Source: a virus
Length of the DNA: 43,514 bases
IMG/VR virus record: IMGVR_UViG_3300012917_000001
Coordinates: 1-43,514 of that record
Strand: one strand, 5' to 3'
In this document: positions 10,213 to 16,876 of the stretch, piece by piece
Layout: each line of letters opens with the position of its first letter
Numbering within the stretch: position 1 is the stretch's first letter
Position numbers and translations under genes: made by a program
The notes under the pieces: model-generated
What the model was told of the DNA's origin: nothing
Seen by the model: only the letters and a program-made list of their open reading frames with translations
Database searches by the model: none

Positions 10213-10461
10213 TTAATACTTGTTATACGAGTCGCTACTTTGCGCGGCGGTTCCAGCGTTGCTCGGCGTACTGCTAGAATGCGCGCCGGGTCCATAAATA
10301 GCTTCATCCGCATCCTTCTCGACTTGGCTTTTCTGCCGTTTAGGAGGAGGAGACGGAGCAGGGGTAGGAGCCGGCCTAGGAGCCGGCGCCCTGCCTGATG
10401 CCTTATCAACCGCCGCATCTATATATGCAGCACGATCTGTTACTGGACTCGCGTCAGCCAT
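10213..10461 (-). CDS. Pro/Ala-rich hypothetical protein, 82 aa
   Basis: Track ORF packed between neighbours; contains the low-complexity stretch APAPRPAPTPAPSPPP. Confidence 0.45.
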   Translation of the reverse strand: MADASPVTDRAAYIDAAVDKASGRAPAPRPAPTPAPSPPPKRQKSQVEKDADEAIYGPGAHSSSTPSNAGTAAQSSDSYNKY

Positions 10462-10464
10462 GAC

Positions 10465-10788
10465 TTAGTTCGCGCCCTTTTGGCTTGAACGTAGTACGTA
10501 GAACGTATAGGTCTGCGCGCCAGGATTGAACGTCGAGCCACCAGTTGGGTTAACGCAGGTGATAACGAATGTACCAGCCGCAGTGACAGTAGCCGTTACA
10601 ATGGCCCCAGCCGTATTAACGGGGCAACTAAGCAGCACTTCGTCGCCGATAACTGCCTGACTACCAGTCGGTGTAATCGAACTAGTAACCGAACTAGCGC
10701 CCGCAGCCGTCGAAGCGACTGTAGCGGAAGCCTGTACGACTTCGCAGAGATCGAATATATTTTCAAACTGTCGTGCGAAAAGAGCCAT
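10465..10788 (-). CDS. Hypothetical beta-rich protein, 107 aa (T/A/S/V/G-rich; possibly an Ig-like decoration or fibre accessory)
   Basis: Track ORF whose start overlaps the upstream stop by 1 nt. Confidence 0.55.
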   Translation of the reverse strand: MALFARQFENIFDLCEVVQASATVASTAAGASSVTSSITPTGSQAVIGDEVLLSCPVNTAGAIVTATVTAAGTFVITCVNPTGGSTFNPGAQTYTFYVLRSSQKGAN

Positions 10789-11000
10789 TAGGTACTCCCC
10801 TTTGGGCGGTCGGTGGACTGATTATTAGGCTGTCCGCTCTTGCCCTGAAAATCTGTAACCATATGTAAAGTCACTTCAGGATCATGGCCGGCTAGATTGC
10901 CGCCATGGTATTGATCCGTCGGTGCTTCCTGACAGCCTCTATCCATCGCTGCCGGCATGGGCTTTGACGGGGGCTGAGAATCAGTCGTGCCCTTAGCCAT
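10788..11000 (-). CDS. Hypothetical protein, 70 aa
   Basis: Track ORF overlapping both neighbours by a few nt. Confidence 0.45.
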   Translation of the reverse strand: MAKGTTDSQPPSKPMPAAMDRGCQEAPTDQYHGGNLAGHDPEVTLHMVTDFQGKSGQPNNQSTDRPKGST

Positions 11001-11418
11001 TCGATACTACCTCTGTATAAGTGCCCTCTAGGGGCGGTTTGTCTTCTTGCTGCGCTTTGAACGTAGCATTTTCAATCTTGATCGTTATGCTTTGCCCTTG
11101 GTGGGTTTCTTCTTCTGCCATCTTCGGTTTCTGAATGAAGTACTCGAAGATCAACTTACGGCAAGCCAGCCCCGCCTTATCGTTGTGTGTGGCGTCTCTG
11201 AAAGTCGCCTCGACGACCTTAATGATTCGCTCAGCCGGGAAGTGCTTACGCACTGCCTTTTCAATATGCAACTGTATGTCGCCGATCTCTAACTTAGGAG
11301 GACGGCCGGGACTATTCACAGTACCCGGAAGGAAACGCCCAGCCGAGTCTCTAGTTGTGACCGAGCCCGCCGCCGGTGCCGCCGGCTCCGCTAGAACTTG
11401 GTCCTTGGTTTGATCCAT
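10993..11418 (-). CDS. Small-terminase-like protein, 141 aa
   Basis: The N-terminal RDSAGRFLPGTVNSPGRPPK resembles the GRF-x-x-G-x-SGNP-x-GRP motif of DUF5681-type small terminases. It lies upstream of terL but is separated from it by three small ORFs. Confidence 0.5.
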   Translation of the reverse strand: MDQTKDQVLAEPAAPAAGSVTTRDSAGRFLPGTVNSPGRPPKLEIGDIQLHIEKAVRKHFPAERIIKVVEATFRDATHNDKAGLACRKLIFEYFIQKPKMAEEETHQGQSITIKIENATFKAQQEDKPPLEGTYTEVVSNG

Positions 11419-11566
11419 ATGCCATCTGACTCCGCATGTGTCCGCCTATCCAGTGCGGGGCATCACTGCCCACGTCAAACAACTGTAGTCCAGTGCTTGG
11501 CGCTTTCGGATACGGCCAATTGACGTTTGGGTAAGGCGGCCCTCCCGTCTGAATAGTATCGCCCAT
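11351..11566 (-). CDS. Hypothetical protein, 71 aa
   Basis: TAATG-coupled to the upstream ORF. Its 3' end overlaps the next gene by 68 nt. Confidence 0.4.
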   Translation of the reverse strand: MGDTIQTGGPPYPNVNWPYPKAPSTGLQLFDVGSDAPHWIGGHMRSQMAYGSNQGPSSSGAGGTGGGLGHN

Positions 11567-11934
11567 TACGGACCTACGCCTGTGCCTCGCTGCACATAGA
11601 TAATAGTCGGGCCGGCTGCTGAGCCAATAGCCGCGAAGCTATCAGCGTTGGCGGGTATATCGAAAAAGGCTGTGGCGCCCGGAGCTATGATAATGACGGG
11701 TTGTCCAGTGGGCGGCGCGCCATCCACAGGAAACGTCAAACTCGGATCTGCTCCAGTAATAGCAAAACTATATGCCTGAAAGGCTATAGTTACTGTCGTG
11801 CTAGAATTAAATACGCGACAGGAGCACTCGCCCGCACCAAACATTGCGGGTTGTCGAGCTGCTACTGTCGCGGCAGTAATTGATCTAGCAAAGGTTAAAG
11901 CATTGCCAAATCGCCAAGTAGATGAAACGCCCAT
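11566..11934 (-). CDS. Hypothetical beta-rich protein, 122 aa
   Basis: Track ORF, 3 nt after the upstream fibre-like gene. Confidence 0.55.
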   Translation of the reverse strand: MGVSSTWRFGNALTFARSITAATVAARQPAMFGAGECSCRVFNSSTTVTIAFQAYSFAITGADPSLTFPVDGAPPTGQPVIIIAPGATAFFDIPANADSFAAIGSAAGPTIIYVQRGTGVGP

Positions 11935-11937
11935 TGC

Positions 11938-12765
11938 TTAGATCAGCGGATAGACAACGGCGCTATTGAGTACGCCCTTGTTTACCGCAGTCGTAAAGAC
12001 CGCCGTAAAGCCAGTCGCCACAACTGAGTACTGCTGGAACACGAGGGAGCCAGTTGAACCCGGAGTCGCGCCGCTCGTAAGAACAGCGTAACCCGGAACG
12101 TAGATCGCGCCCGAAGCCGAACCCAGAATGACACAGGTCTGACCAGGAGCCTTCGAGCTATTCGACAAGAACGCCGGAATACCAGTGATCGACATAGCCG
12201 TACCAGAACCAGCAGTCGTGGTAAACGTCGGGATCTGGAACACAACGCAACCTTCATTCGTCACTTTGTAAGTGATCGTGGCAGTTGCGGTGCCCGTGCC
12301 GCCGTCCGTCAGGGTACCAGTAAACGTACCAGACATGACGTTTTCAAAGATATTGGCCGCGTTGTCATCAGGGATACGCTGCCAGTAAGCAACGCTTGAC
12401 GCAAACAAGTTAGCGTTCGAATAGACGTTCTTCGTGCCCGCCGCGAAATTGACGAATCCAGCACCACCAGTCTGCGTGGTAAGTGAAATCAATCCGCCCG
12501 TGTATGAACCCAGAACGTAGTCACGAGTCAGAGTGGTCGTGCCGTTGAACGTACCAAGGCCAACTTCAATGTTACCTGAACCGTCAACAATAGCATAGAA
12601 TGTATTGCCCGGATAAGTCTGCGCGACAGCTCCGAACTGTGTAGCGAAAGTCGTGGAACCAGGAGCAGCGCCCGACGGAACCGTATTCGCAAGAGTGATA
12701 GCGCCAGTGCCTGTGGTCGTAGTCGTGTCCTGAACCAGTGCGCCAACGAGTGTACCAATACCCAT
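11938..12765 (-). CDS. Fibre / receptor-binding-like protein, 275 aa
   Basis: The N-terminal FYAIVDGSGNIEVGLGTFNGTTTLTRDYVLGS motif resembles N-termini of podoviral fibre proteins. The rest of the protein is T/G/A-rich. Confidence 0.6.
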   Translation of the reverse strand: MGIGTLVGALVQDTTTTTGTGAITLANTVPSGAAPGSTTFATQFGAVAQTYPGNTFYAIVDGSGNIEVGLGTFNGTTTLTRDYVLGSYTGGLISLTTQTGGAGFVNFAAGTKNVYSNANLFASSVAYWQRIPDDNAANIFENVMSGTFTGTLTDGGTGTATATITYKVTNEGCVVFQIPTFTTTAGSGTAMSITGIPAFLSNSSKAPGQTCVILGSASGAIYVPGYAVLTSGATPGSTGSLVFQQYSVVATGFTAVFTTAVNKGVLNSAVVYPLI

Positions 12766-12834
12766 GATTTAATTACCTTTTATTATGCGCTCGTTGAGGA
12801 ACGCGACTCGCCGCTGTAACCCGCGGCCGGATAG

Positions 12835-13164
12835 TTATTCGTGAAATGTGTACTTAAGCTGGTCGGCGGTGTTGCGCCAAGCACTCCAGCAATAGGCGCG
12901 CCAGCGCGCACCGGACGATAATTTATACGATACCCGTAATCCGTTCTCCCAGACCATGGCATACTTACCACTTACCCCATCCTCTGTGTTACCGTATACA
13001 GCGTTGAGGGCATGCCAGCGCCAGCGGTCAATAGGATGCGGAGGGTATGGCCCTTCTGTAGACATGCAATCTTCCCATGCCTTTAGGGTGCAGAAAGGAG
13101 CCAGAATGACCAATCCGAGGATAGACGCTATGATATCTAGCGCCTTCTGAGCAACGCTAACCAT
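12835..13164 (-). CDS. Membrane-anchored hypothetical protein, 109 aa
   Basis: N-terminal hydrophobic segment IIASILGLVILAPF followed by a Trp-rich body. Its start codon overlaps the upstream stop by 1 nt (TAATG). Confidence 0.55.
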   Translation of the reverse strand: MVSVAQKALDIIASILGLVILAPFCTLKAWEDCMSTEGPYPPHPIDRWRWHALNAVYGNTEDGVSGKYAMVWENGLRVSYKLSSGARWRAYCWSAWRNTADQLKYTFHE

Positions 13165-13460
13165 TAGGTCAACAGGTCGCGGATCTGCCCGCAGGTCAAC
13201 GGAGGGTAGATCAAGACGGCCTTACGAAGCTCTACGACGTCCTCTGGGGCGAAGTCCGTGTTATCCGTAGCCTTCTTGACTGCCTTGTACAGCGCGTAGC
13301 GTACGAGCTTAGCTTCACCCTTAAGGGGCGTCATATCCCCATCGAACTCTGACAGGATGGCCCGGATAAGAGCAGCCCTAAGAGTAACGGCCTGTCCCTT
13401 CTCGTCAGTAGCCGGCGTGTCGTCTGTATTAAATAAAACCTGATTCAAATCGAGCTTCAT
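13164..13460 (-). CDS. Hypothetical protein, 98 aa
   Basis: Good SD (GTAGGAGAGACT before the ATG) and a balanced composition. Confidence 0.65.
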   Translation of the reverse strand: MKLDLNQVLFNTDDTPATDEKGQAVTLRAALIRAILSEFDGDMTPLKGEAKLVRYALYKAVKKATDNTDFAPEDVVELRKAVLIYPPLTCGQIRDLLT

Positions 13461-13532
13461 AGTCTCTCCTACTTTGAAGTTTAATCTTCTGCGTCGTCTT
13501 CGGCGTCGTCGTGGTCACGCCAAGGCCATCGC

Positions 13533-13751
13533 CTATATTCTAGCGTGATGTACAACATGCGCACCCTGCATCCCACCGGCATAGCTATGCGTCGGGGGCG
13601 GGAACGAAGTCTTTGCGCTCTCTTGCGGCTTATTGAAATGCACGTCAAAGCCGGCTACGGCTTTAGGCAGAATAACTCCGCCAGCAAGGCCATGAGCCAC
13701 TGAGGAGCCGGTCATGCCGCTAGCGGCTTCTGGACGATAGGGACTTGCCAT
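13533..13751 (-). CDS. Hypothetical protein, 72 aa
   Basis: TAATG overlap with the upstream His-rich ORF. Confidence 0.5.
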   Translation of the reverse strand: MASPYRPEAASGMTGSSVAHGLAGGVILPKAVAGFDVHFNKPQESAKTSFPPPTHSYAGGMQGAHVVHHARI

Positions 13752-14089
13752 TAGTATCCTGCCTTATGTTCCATGCCTTTCTGCCTACGATCATGGACCG
13801 TATGCCGATGCTGGTGATGTGGAACCCCGCCCCTAACGGAGTGGGTAGACTGGTCATAGCTCTTGGTATTAGGGGCTATCGGGAGCTTACTCATGCCATG
13901 ATGTGGCTGGGAATGGCTCTGGTGGGGATGGGCATTGCCAATATTATGACTGGCATGATGATCGTCGTTATGATTGGATTCGTGAGCTGCATGCATGGCT
14001 ATGGCTACTATCTGTTTGTGGGAGCGGGGCCTACTCCCATGATGGGTAAGCTCGTGGATGTTCTCTGAGACGTTACCAGTTAGAGGCAT
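13751..14089 (-). CDS. Histidine-rich protein, 112 aa
   Basis: 22 His in 112 residues by my count. It starts 3 nt after the upstream stop and is TAATG-coupled downstream. The antisense Met-rich ORF mirrors its CAT codons. Confidence 0.55.
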   Translation of the reverse strand: MPLTGNVSENIHELTHHGSRPRSHKQIVAIAMHAAHESNHNDDHHASHNIGNAHPHQSHSQPHHGMSKLPIAPNTKSYDQSTHSVRGGVPHHQHRHTVHDRRQKGMEHKAGY

Positions 14090-14092
14090 AGA

Positions 14093-14212
14093 TTACGGCC
14101 TGTCGCTCATTCCTTTCGCAAAAGACCAAAGCAAGCCAATGCCTGCTCCAGCAATTACGATAAGAATACCAACGAACTTTAGTAATCCACCAATGGTAAT
14201 GGCATGATTCAT
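14093..14212 (-). CDS. Single-pass micro-membrane protein, 39 aa (below the track cut-off)
   Basis: Hand-translated as MNHAITIGGLLKFVGILIVIAGAGIGLLWSFAKGMSDRP. Its ATG shares one base with the upstream TAA (TAATG). Confidence 0.5.
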   Translation of the reverse strand: MNHAITIGGLLKFVGILIVIAGAGIGLLWSFAKGMSDRP

Positions 14213-14643
14213 TAGATTCTCCGGGTAATGACTGTACCGATAGAGAACTCTACGGCTGTGGGCAAGTCCCCATGGGATAAATTCTTATCGCCAGAGGGCT
14301 CTCCTGGGTAGCCATGTACCTCTCCGATAGCCAAGGGAATACCGCGGTTGTCATCGTAGTCCCCATCGTCAACTGGGTTGTACCTGTGAGTGGTAGCAGA
14401 TTCTGATACATCCCCTTCCTCGAAGAACTCTCTGTAGTCATCGTTTTCCTGCCAAGCGGATAAAGGCCCGGCTCTCCACGGGTGGAGATCCAGGAACGGG
14501 GCGTTGCCAGAAAGGTTCGGATCTTGGGAGACCGGAACGTCGTTAAGCTCGTCATCTGCCTGTGCATGCCCGGCGTTCTCCGTATGCCCAGTGCTAGGAG
14601 TAGTCGTACTATGATTGGCTTCTACGCCTGTGACATCAGCCAT
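14212..14643 (-). CDS. Strongly acidic protein, 143 aa; first gene of the minus arm
   Basis: 27 D+E versus 7 K+R by my count. It lies directly next to the control region. Confidence 0.65.
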   Translation of the reverse strand: MADVTGVEANHSTTTPSTGHTENAGHAQADDELNDVPVSQDPNLSGNAPFLDLHPWRAGPLSAWQENDDYREFFEEGDVSESATTHRYNPVDDGDYDDNRGIPLAIGEVHGYPGEPSGDKNLSHGDLPTAVEFSIGTVITRRI

Positions 14644-14714
14644 TCTAGGGGTCTACCTATGGTATATCCGCGAGCAGGGTACAGCGCGAGCGCTATCCGC
14701 AAGCAGGAAAAGTG

Positions 14715-14942
14715 GGGGGCGCTAAGCCCCCATACAGAGGGACTATAGCTATAGTAAGACAATAGTCTTGTTCTTAGGAGGTAGATAGGAACCCTTTTAG
14801 GGTTCATATCATGGGAGGAGTCTTCGACGACCGCATATACACCCCTTCGGGGTATTGCAAGTGAGGACACTTGCTTTAGGATCGACTTTCGCAAATGCTT
14901 AAAGCGCATTTGCTACAGTCTTAGATGTGCACCAAATGCATC
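14715..14942. other. Cluster of seven unrelated stem-loops/palindromes (candidate structured RNA or ssDNA signal)
   Basis: 14715-31 GGGGGC/GCCCCC. 14742-55 ACTATAGCTATAGT. 14756-69 AAGAC-AATA-GTCTT. 14789-805 GAACCC-TTTTA-GGGTTC. 14841-53 ACCCC-TTC-GGGGT. 14857-74 GCAAGTG-AGGA-CACTTGC. 14891-913 GCAAATGC-7nt-GCATTTGC. 14924-42 is imperfect. Confidence 0.6.
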
Positions 14943-14973
14943 GAAAATTATGTTAAATTGAAGCAGATTTGAA

Positions 14974-14995
14974 AAACTTAATGTAAACTTAATGT
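14974..14995. repeat. Perfect tandem 2 x 11-nt repeat AAACTTAATGT in the AT-rich core
   Basis: 14974-84 equals 14985-95. A degenerate third copy, TTATGTTAAA, lies just upstream. Confidence 0.8.
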
Positions 14996-15332
14996 TCGCT
15001 ATGCGAAAAGTCTAAATCTGCCTAAGTCTATTTTGTGATACTACTCACACTATGAAGTTATCCATATTTAACATCCTAGAGCATTGACTATCGCAAGCCG
15101 GATATGGCCCATATAGTGTCCCTAATCTTGCCTCCGCCGCGCCTATTATTTTTACTTTTTGGCGTGGGTGCGGGTCGCTACGCTCGGAGCCTCCTTGGCT
15201 GCCATGAGGGGGTACCCCCATAGCTCTAAGCCTATGATATCCTTGCACATTGAGATGTTGACAGACAGTATGAACTGTGATCTGTTACGATTATGTTCAA
15301 TTGTGTTCATGCAATAACTGTGCCATTGATTG

Positions 15333-15415
15333 TACTTGACAAGTGTAAGATGATGTGGCAGGCACATGTGTAAGGTAGGCTTTACACTTGGGCTGTAAGA
15401 TATCCCGACACTTGC
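15333..15415. promoter_or_regulatory. Operator/iteron-like repeat array (CAAGTG/CACTTG inverted repeats; TGTAAG x3 at 25-bp spacing)
   Basis: ACTTG-A-CAAGT palindrome at 15334-44. CAAGTGTAA (15340-48) pairs with TTACACTTG (15382-90). ACACTTG recurs at 15408-14. TGTAAG occurs at 15344, 15369 and 15394. Confidence 0.55.
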
Positions 15416-15865
15416 CACTCTCAAAGCACTGTACATATCCACAGTATGTCAAGCTCTTTGTGGTCAAAGTGTGATGCACTTCTCAGTATTCAAAATAGAT
15501 TAGAACATTGTCAAATTGATCGCACTTCGGCCCAGCAATCGGCAATACTGTGCGCTGATGGTTGATTGGCTGAGACGGTAGAGCTGGATAAAGCCTACGC
15601 TCTCGGGCCCGGTAAGGAAGGCCGGAGACAGTGAGCGCACCGCGCGCCGCAGCGTTAGAGCTGGCATGAGGCGGGAGCACTAGAGCACTCGCGACAGTGT
15701 GTGCGGACGGCAATCCAATGAGATAGCCGCATATTATGGAAAATAGCGGAATCCAGAATGTACTTGGTTCTTACATAATGCCAGACTCGTGTAGTCCCTC
15801 GCTTATGTTCATTCCCGAGTACATTAAGGATTCTGTTCAATTCCCCCCAACTGATAAGGTGAGTT

Positions 15866-16084
15866 ATGACAAATGTATCCTACAAGCTGGATGGCGACAA
15901 GCTGGTTATCACGGTCAATCTGTCGGAGCGGCATGGTCCGAGTGCCTCCGGGAAGACACAGATTGTCGCGACTACCAGTGGCAACGCCAAGCTTGACGGC
16001 AAGTTCAGCGGCATTGCGTTCGGGCTGAACGTCTACACCAAGAGCACCGCACCGGCCACGGCCGTTGCCAAGCTCGCGGCGTAA
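15866..16084 (+). CDS. First early protein, 72 aa, beta-rich, unknown function
   Basis: Strong SD (AAGGTGAG, then 4 nt, then ATG) and a terminator-like hairpin 13 nt downstream. Confidence 0.75.
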   Translation: MTNVSYKLDGDKLVITVNLSERHGPSASGKTQIVATTSGNAKLDGKFSGIAFGLNVYTKSTAPATAVAKLAA

Positions 16085-16096
16085 TCAAGCCTGCGG

Positions 16097-16132
16097 CATT
16101 CGGAATTCAGTTCCGAGTGTCGCATTTTGATT
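16097..16132 (+). terminator. Putative intrinsic terminator after the first early gene
   Basis: CATTCGGAA-TTCAG-TTCCGAGTG stem (9 bp including one G-U pair), followed by TCGCATTTTGATT. Confidence 0.5.
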
Positions 16133-16157
16133 ATGTACGGCAAAATCGAAGGAAATT

Positions 16158-16328
16158 ATGGCAAATCGCGCTAATCGGCTTTGGAAGCCGCCAGCGGGCA
16201 CATCGGCCGCGCTGCGGCGAGGGTCGCGGTTTACACCGATCGCCGCGCTGAACGCGGCTCAACGCGATAGGCGCGATGCTGGCGCGGCATCCGCGATTCG
16301 CGGGAGCAGCGGCTGCCTTCTGATTTAA
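16158..16328 (+). CDS. Possible Arg/Ala-rich micro-protein, 56 aa (below the track cut-off)
   Basis: SD GAAGGAAATT precedes the ATG. Hand-translated as MANRANRLWKPPAGTSAALRRGSRF.... The composition is weakly protein-like. Confidence 0.3.
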   Translation: MANRANRLWKPPAGTSAALRRGSRFTPIAALNAAQRDRRDAGAASAIRGSSGCLLI

Positions 16329-16349
16329 GTTAAACCAAAGGGTAACGAT

Positions 16350-16535
16350 ATGACGATACACAGGCCATTGAGTACAGAACCATGGTCTCTACCGTTGCAG
16401 TTCCGTGACAGCACGGGAGAGTGGCATCTATTCGGGGCGACATGGTTCGCTCGCAATAGCGAGCATGTCGACATGCAGGGTGAACACGCCCTTATCCGTG
16501 GCGCGAATACGCATGGCGTATTGGAGTTTGTATGA
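16350..16535 (+). CDS. Early hypothetical protein, 61 aa
   Basis: Track ORF with an ATGA overlap to the next ORF. Confidence 0.5.
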   Translation: MTIHRPLSTEPWSLPLQFRDSTGEWHLFGATWFARNSEHVDMQGEHALIRGANTHGVLEFV

Positions 16536-16729
16536 CCATACACGCAAGCAAGTCCCGCTTTGCCAAGTGGGAAAGCATCGCACAGGCAGCAAGGCTAGCG
16601 TATGCGTATAACAACGCACTGTTACTGCGCGGCCATGGGCACAGCACAGCAGAGTGCGCGCAATGCCTCGCTAATGTGGGCGTTGTCGATAGTCCGACAG
16701 TCCATACAAGCTATGGCGGCACGGACTGA
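16532..16729 (+). CDS. Early hypothetical protein, 65 aa
   Basis: Track ORF, ATGA-coupled. Starts MTIH, like its upstream neighbour. Confidence 0.5.
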   Translation: MTIHASKSRFAKWESIAQAARLAYAYNNALLLRGHGHSTAECAQCLANVGVVDSPTVHTSYGGTD

Positions 16730-16747
16730 GTTGATGTGACATAACAG

Positions 16748-16785
16748 AGAGCATTGCACGGTCCCGGTACGGGCCGCAGTGCTCT
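16748..16785 (+). other. Long imperfect stem-loop between early sub-operons
   Basis: AGAGCATTGC...GCAGTGCTCT outer stem (10 bp with one G-U pair) enclosing GG(T)CCC/GGGCC. There is no U-tract. Confidence 0.45.
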
Positions 16786-16876
16786 CGATTATGACCAATC
16801 TACTACTCTCCCAGCTATTTGCCTTAATCATAGGTACTCTTATCCTATGGTGTATGTTTGCATAACAAGGTGACAT

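Larger units (their letters stand above)
14644..15865. promoter_or_regulatory. 1.2-kb ORF-poor divergent control region between the two gene arms (promoters/operators; possibly the origin or the physical genome ends)
   Basis: No convincing ORF on either strand. It contains an AT-rich core, a hairpin cluster, repeat arrays and a GC-rich structured segment. Both flanking genes point away from it. Confidence 0.6.

Noticed and set aside
13745-14068. 107-aa plus-strand Met-rich 'membrane protein' ORF
   Set aside because: It is the mirror image of the His-rich minus ORF, because CAT/CAC His codons read ATG/GTG antisense. The minus ORF is start/stop-coupled to both neighbours, whereas the plus ORF is isolated and opposes the arm orientation.
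14622-14909. 95-aa minus ORF running through the hairpin cluster
   Set aside because: It would be encoded almost entirely by consecutive perfect stem-loops. It overlaps the start of the next gene in another frame and has no SD, so it looks non-coding.
14735-14915. Possible tRNA gene(s) in the hairpin cluster
   Set aside because: No cloverleaf could be built. The loops are 3-5 nt rather than 7-nt anticodon or T loops. There is no GTTCRANYC-type T-loop and no matching 7-bp acceptor stem on either strand.
15045-15713. Small minus ORFs in the control region (15045..15248, 15152..15442, 15297..15479, 15483..15713)
   Set aside because: They have no SD and His/Cys/Pro/Arg-skewed or junk-like sequences. 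They tile a region full of repeats and hairpins, so I treat them as non-coding.
15736-15996. 86-aa plus ORF overlapping the first early gene
   Set aside because: It has no SD and a poor composition. It overlaps out of frame with the strongly SD-preceded 15866..16084 ORF.
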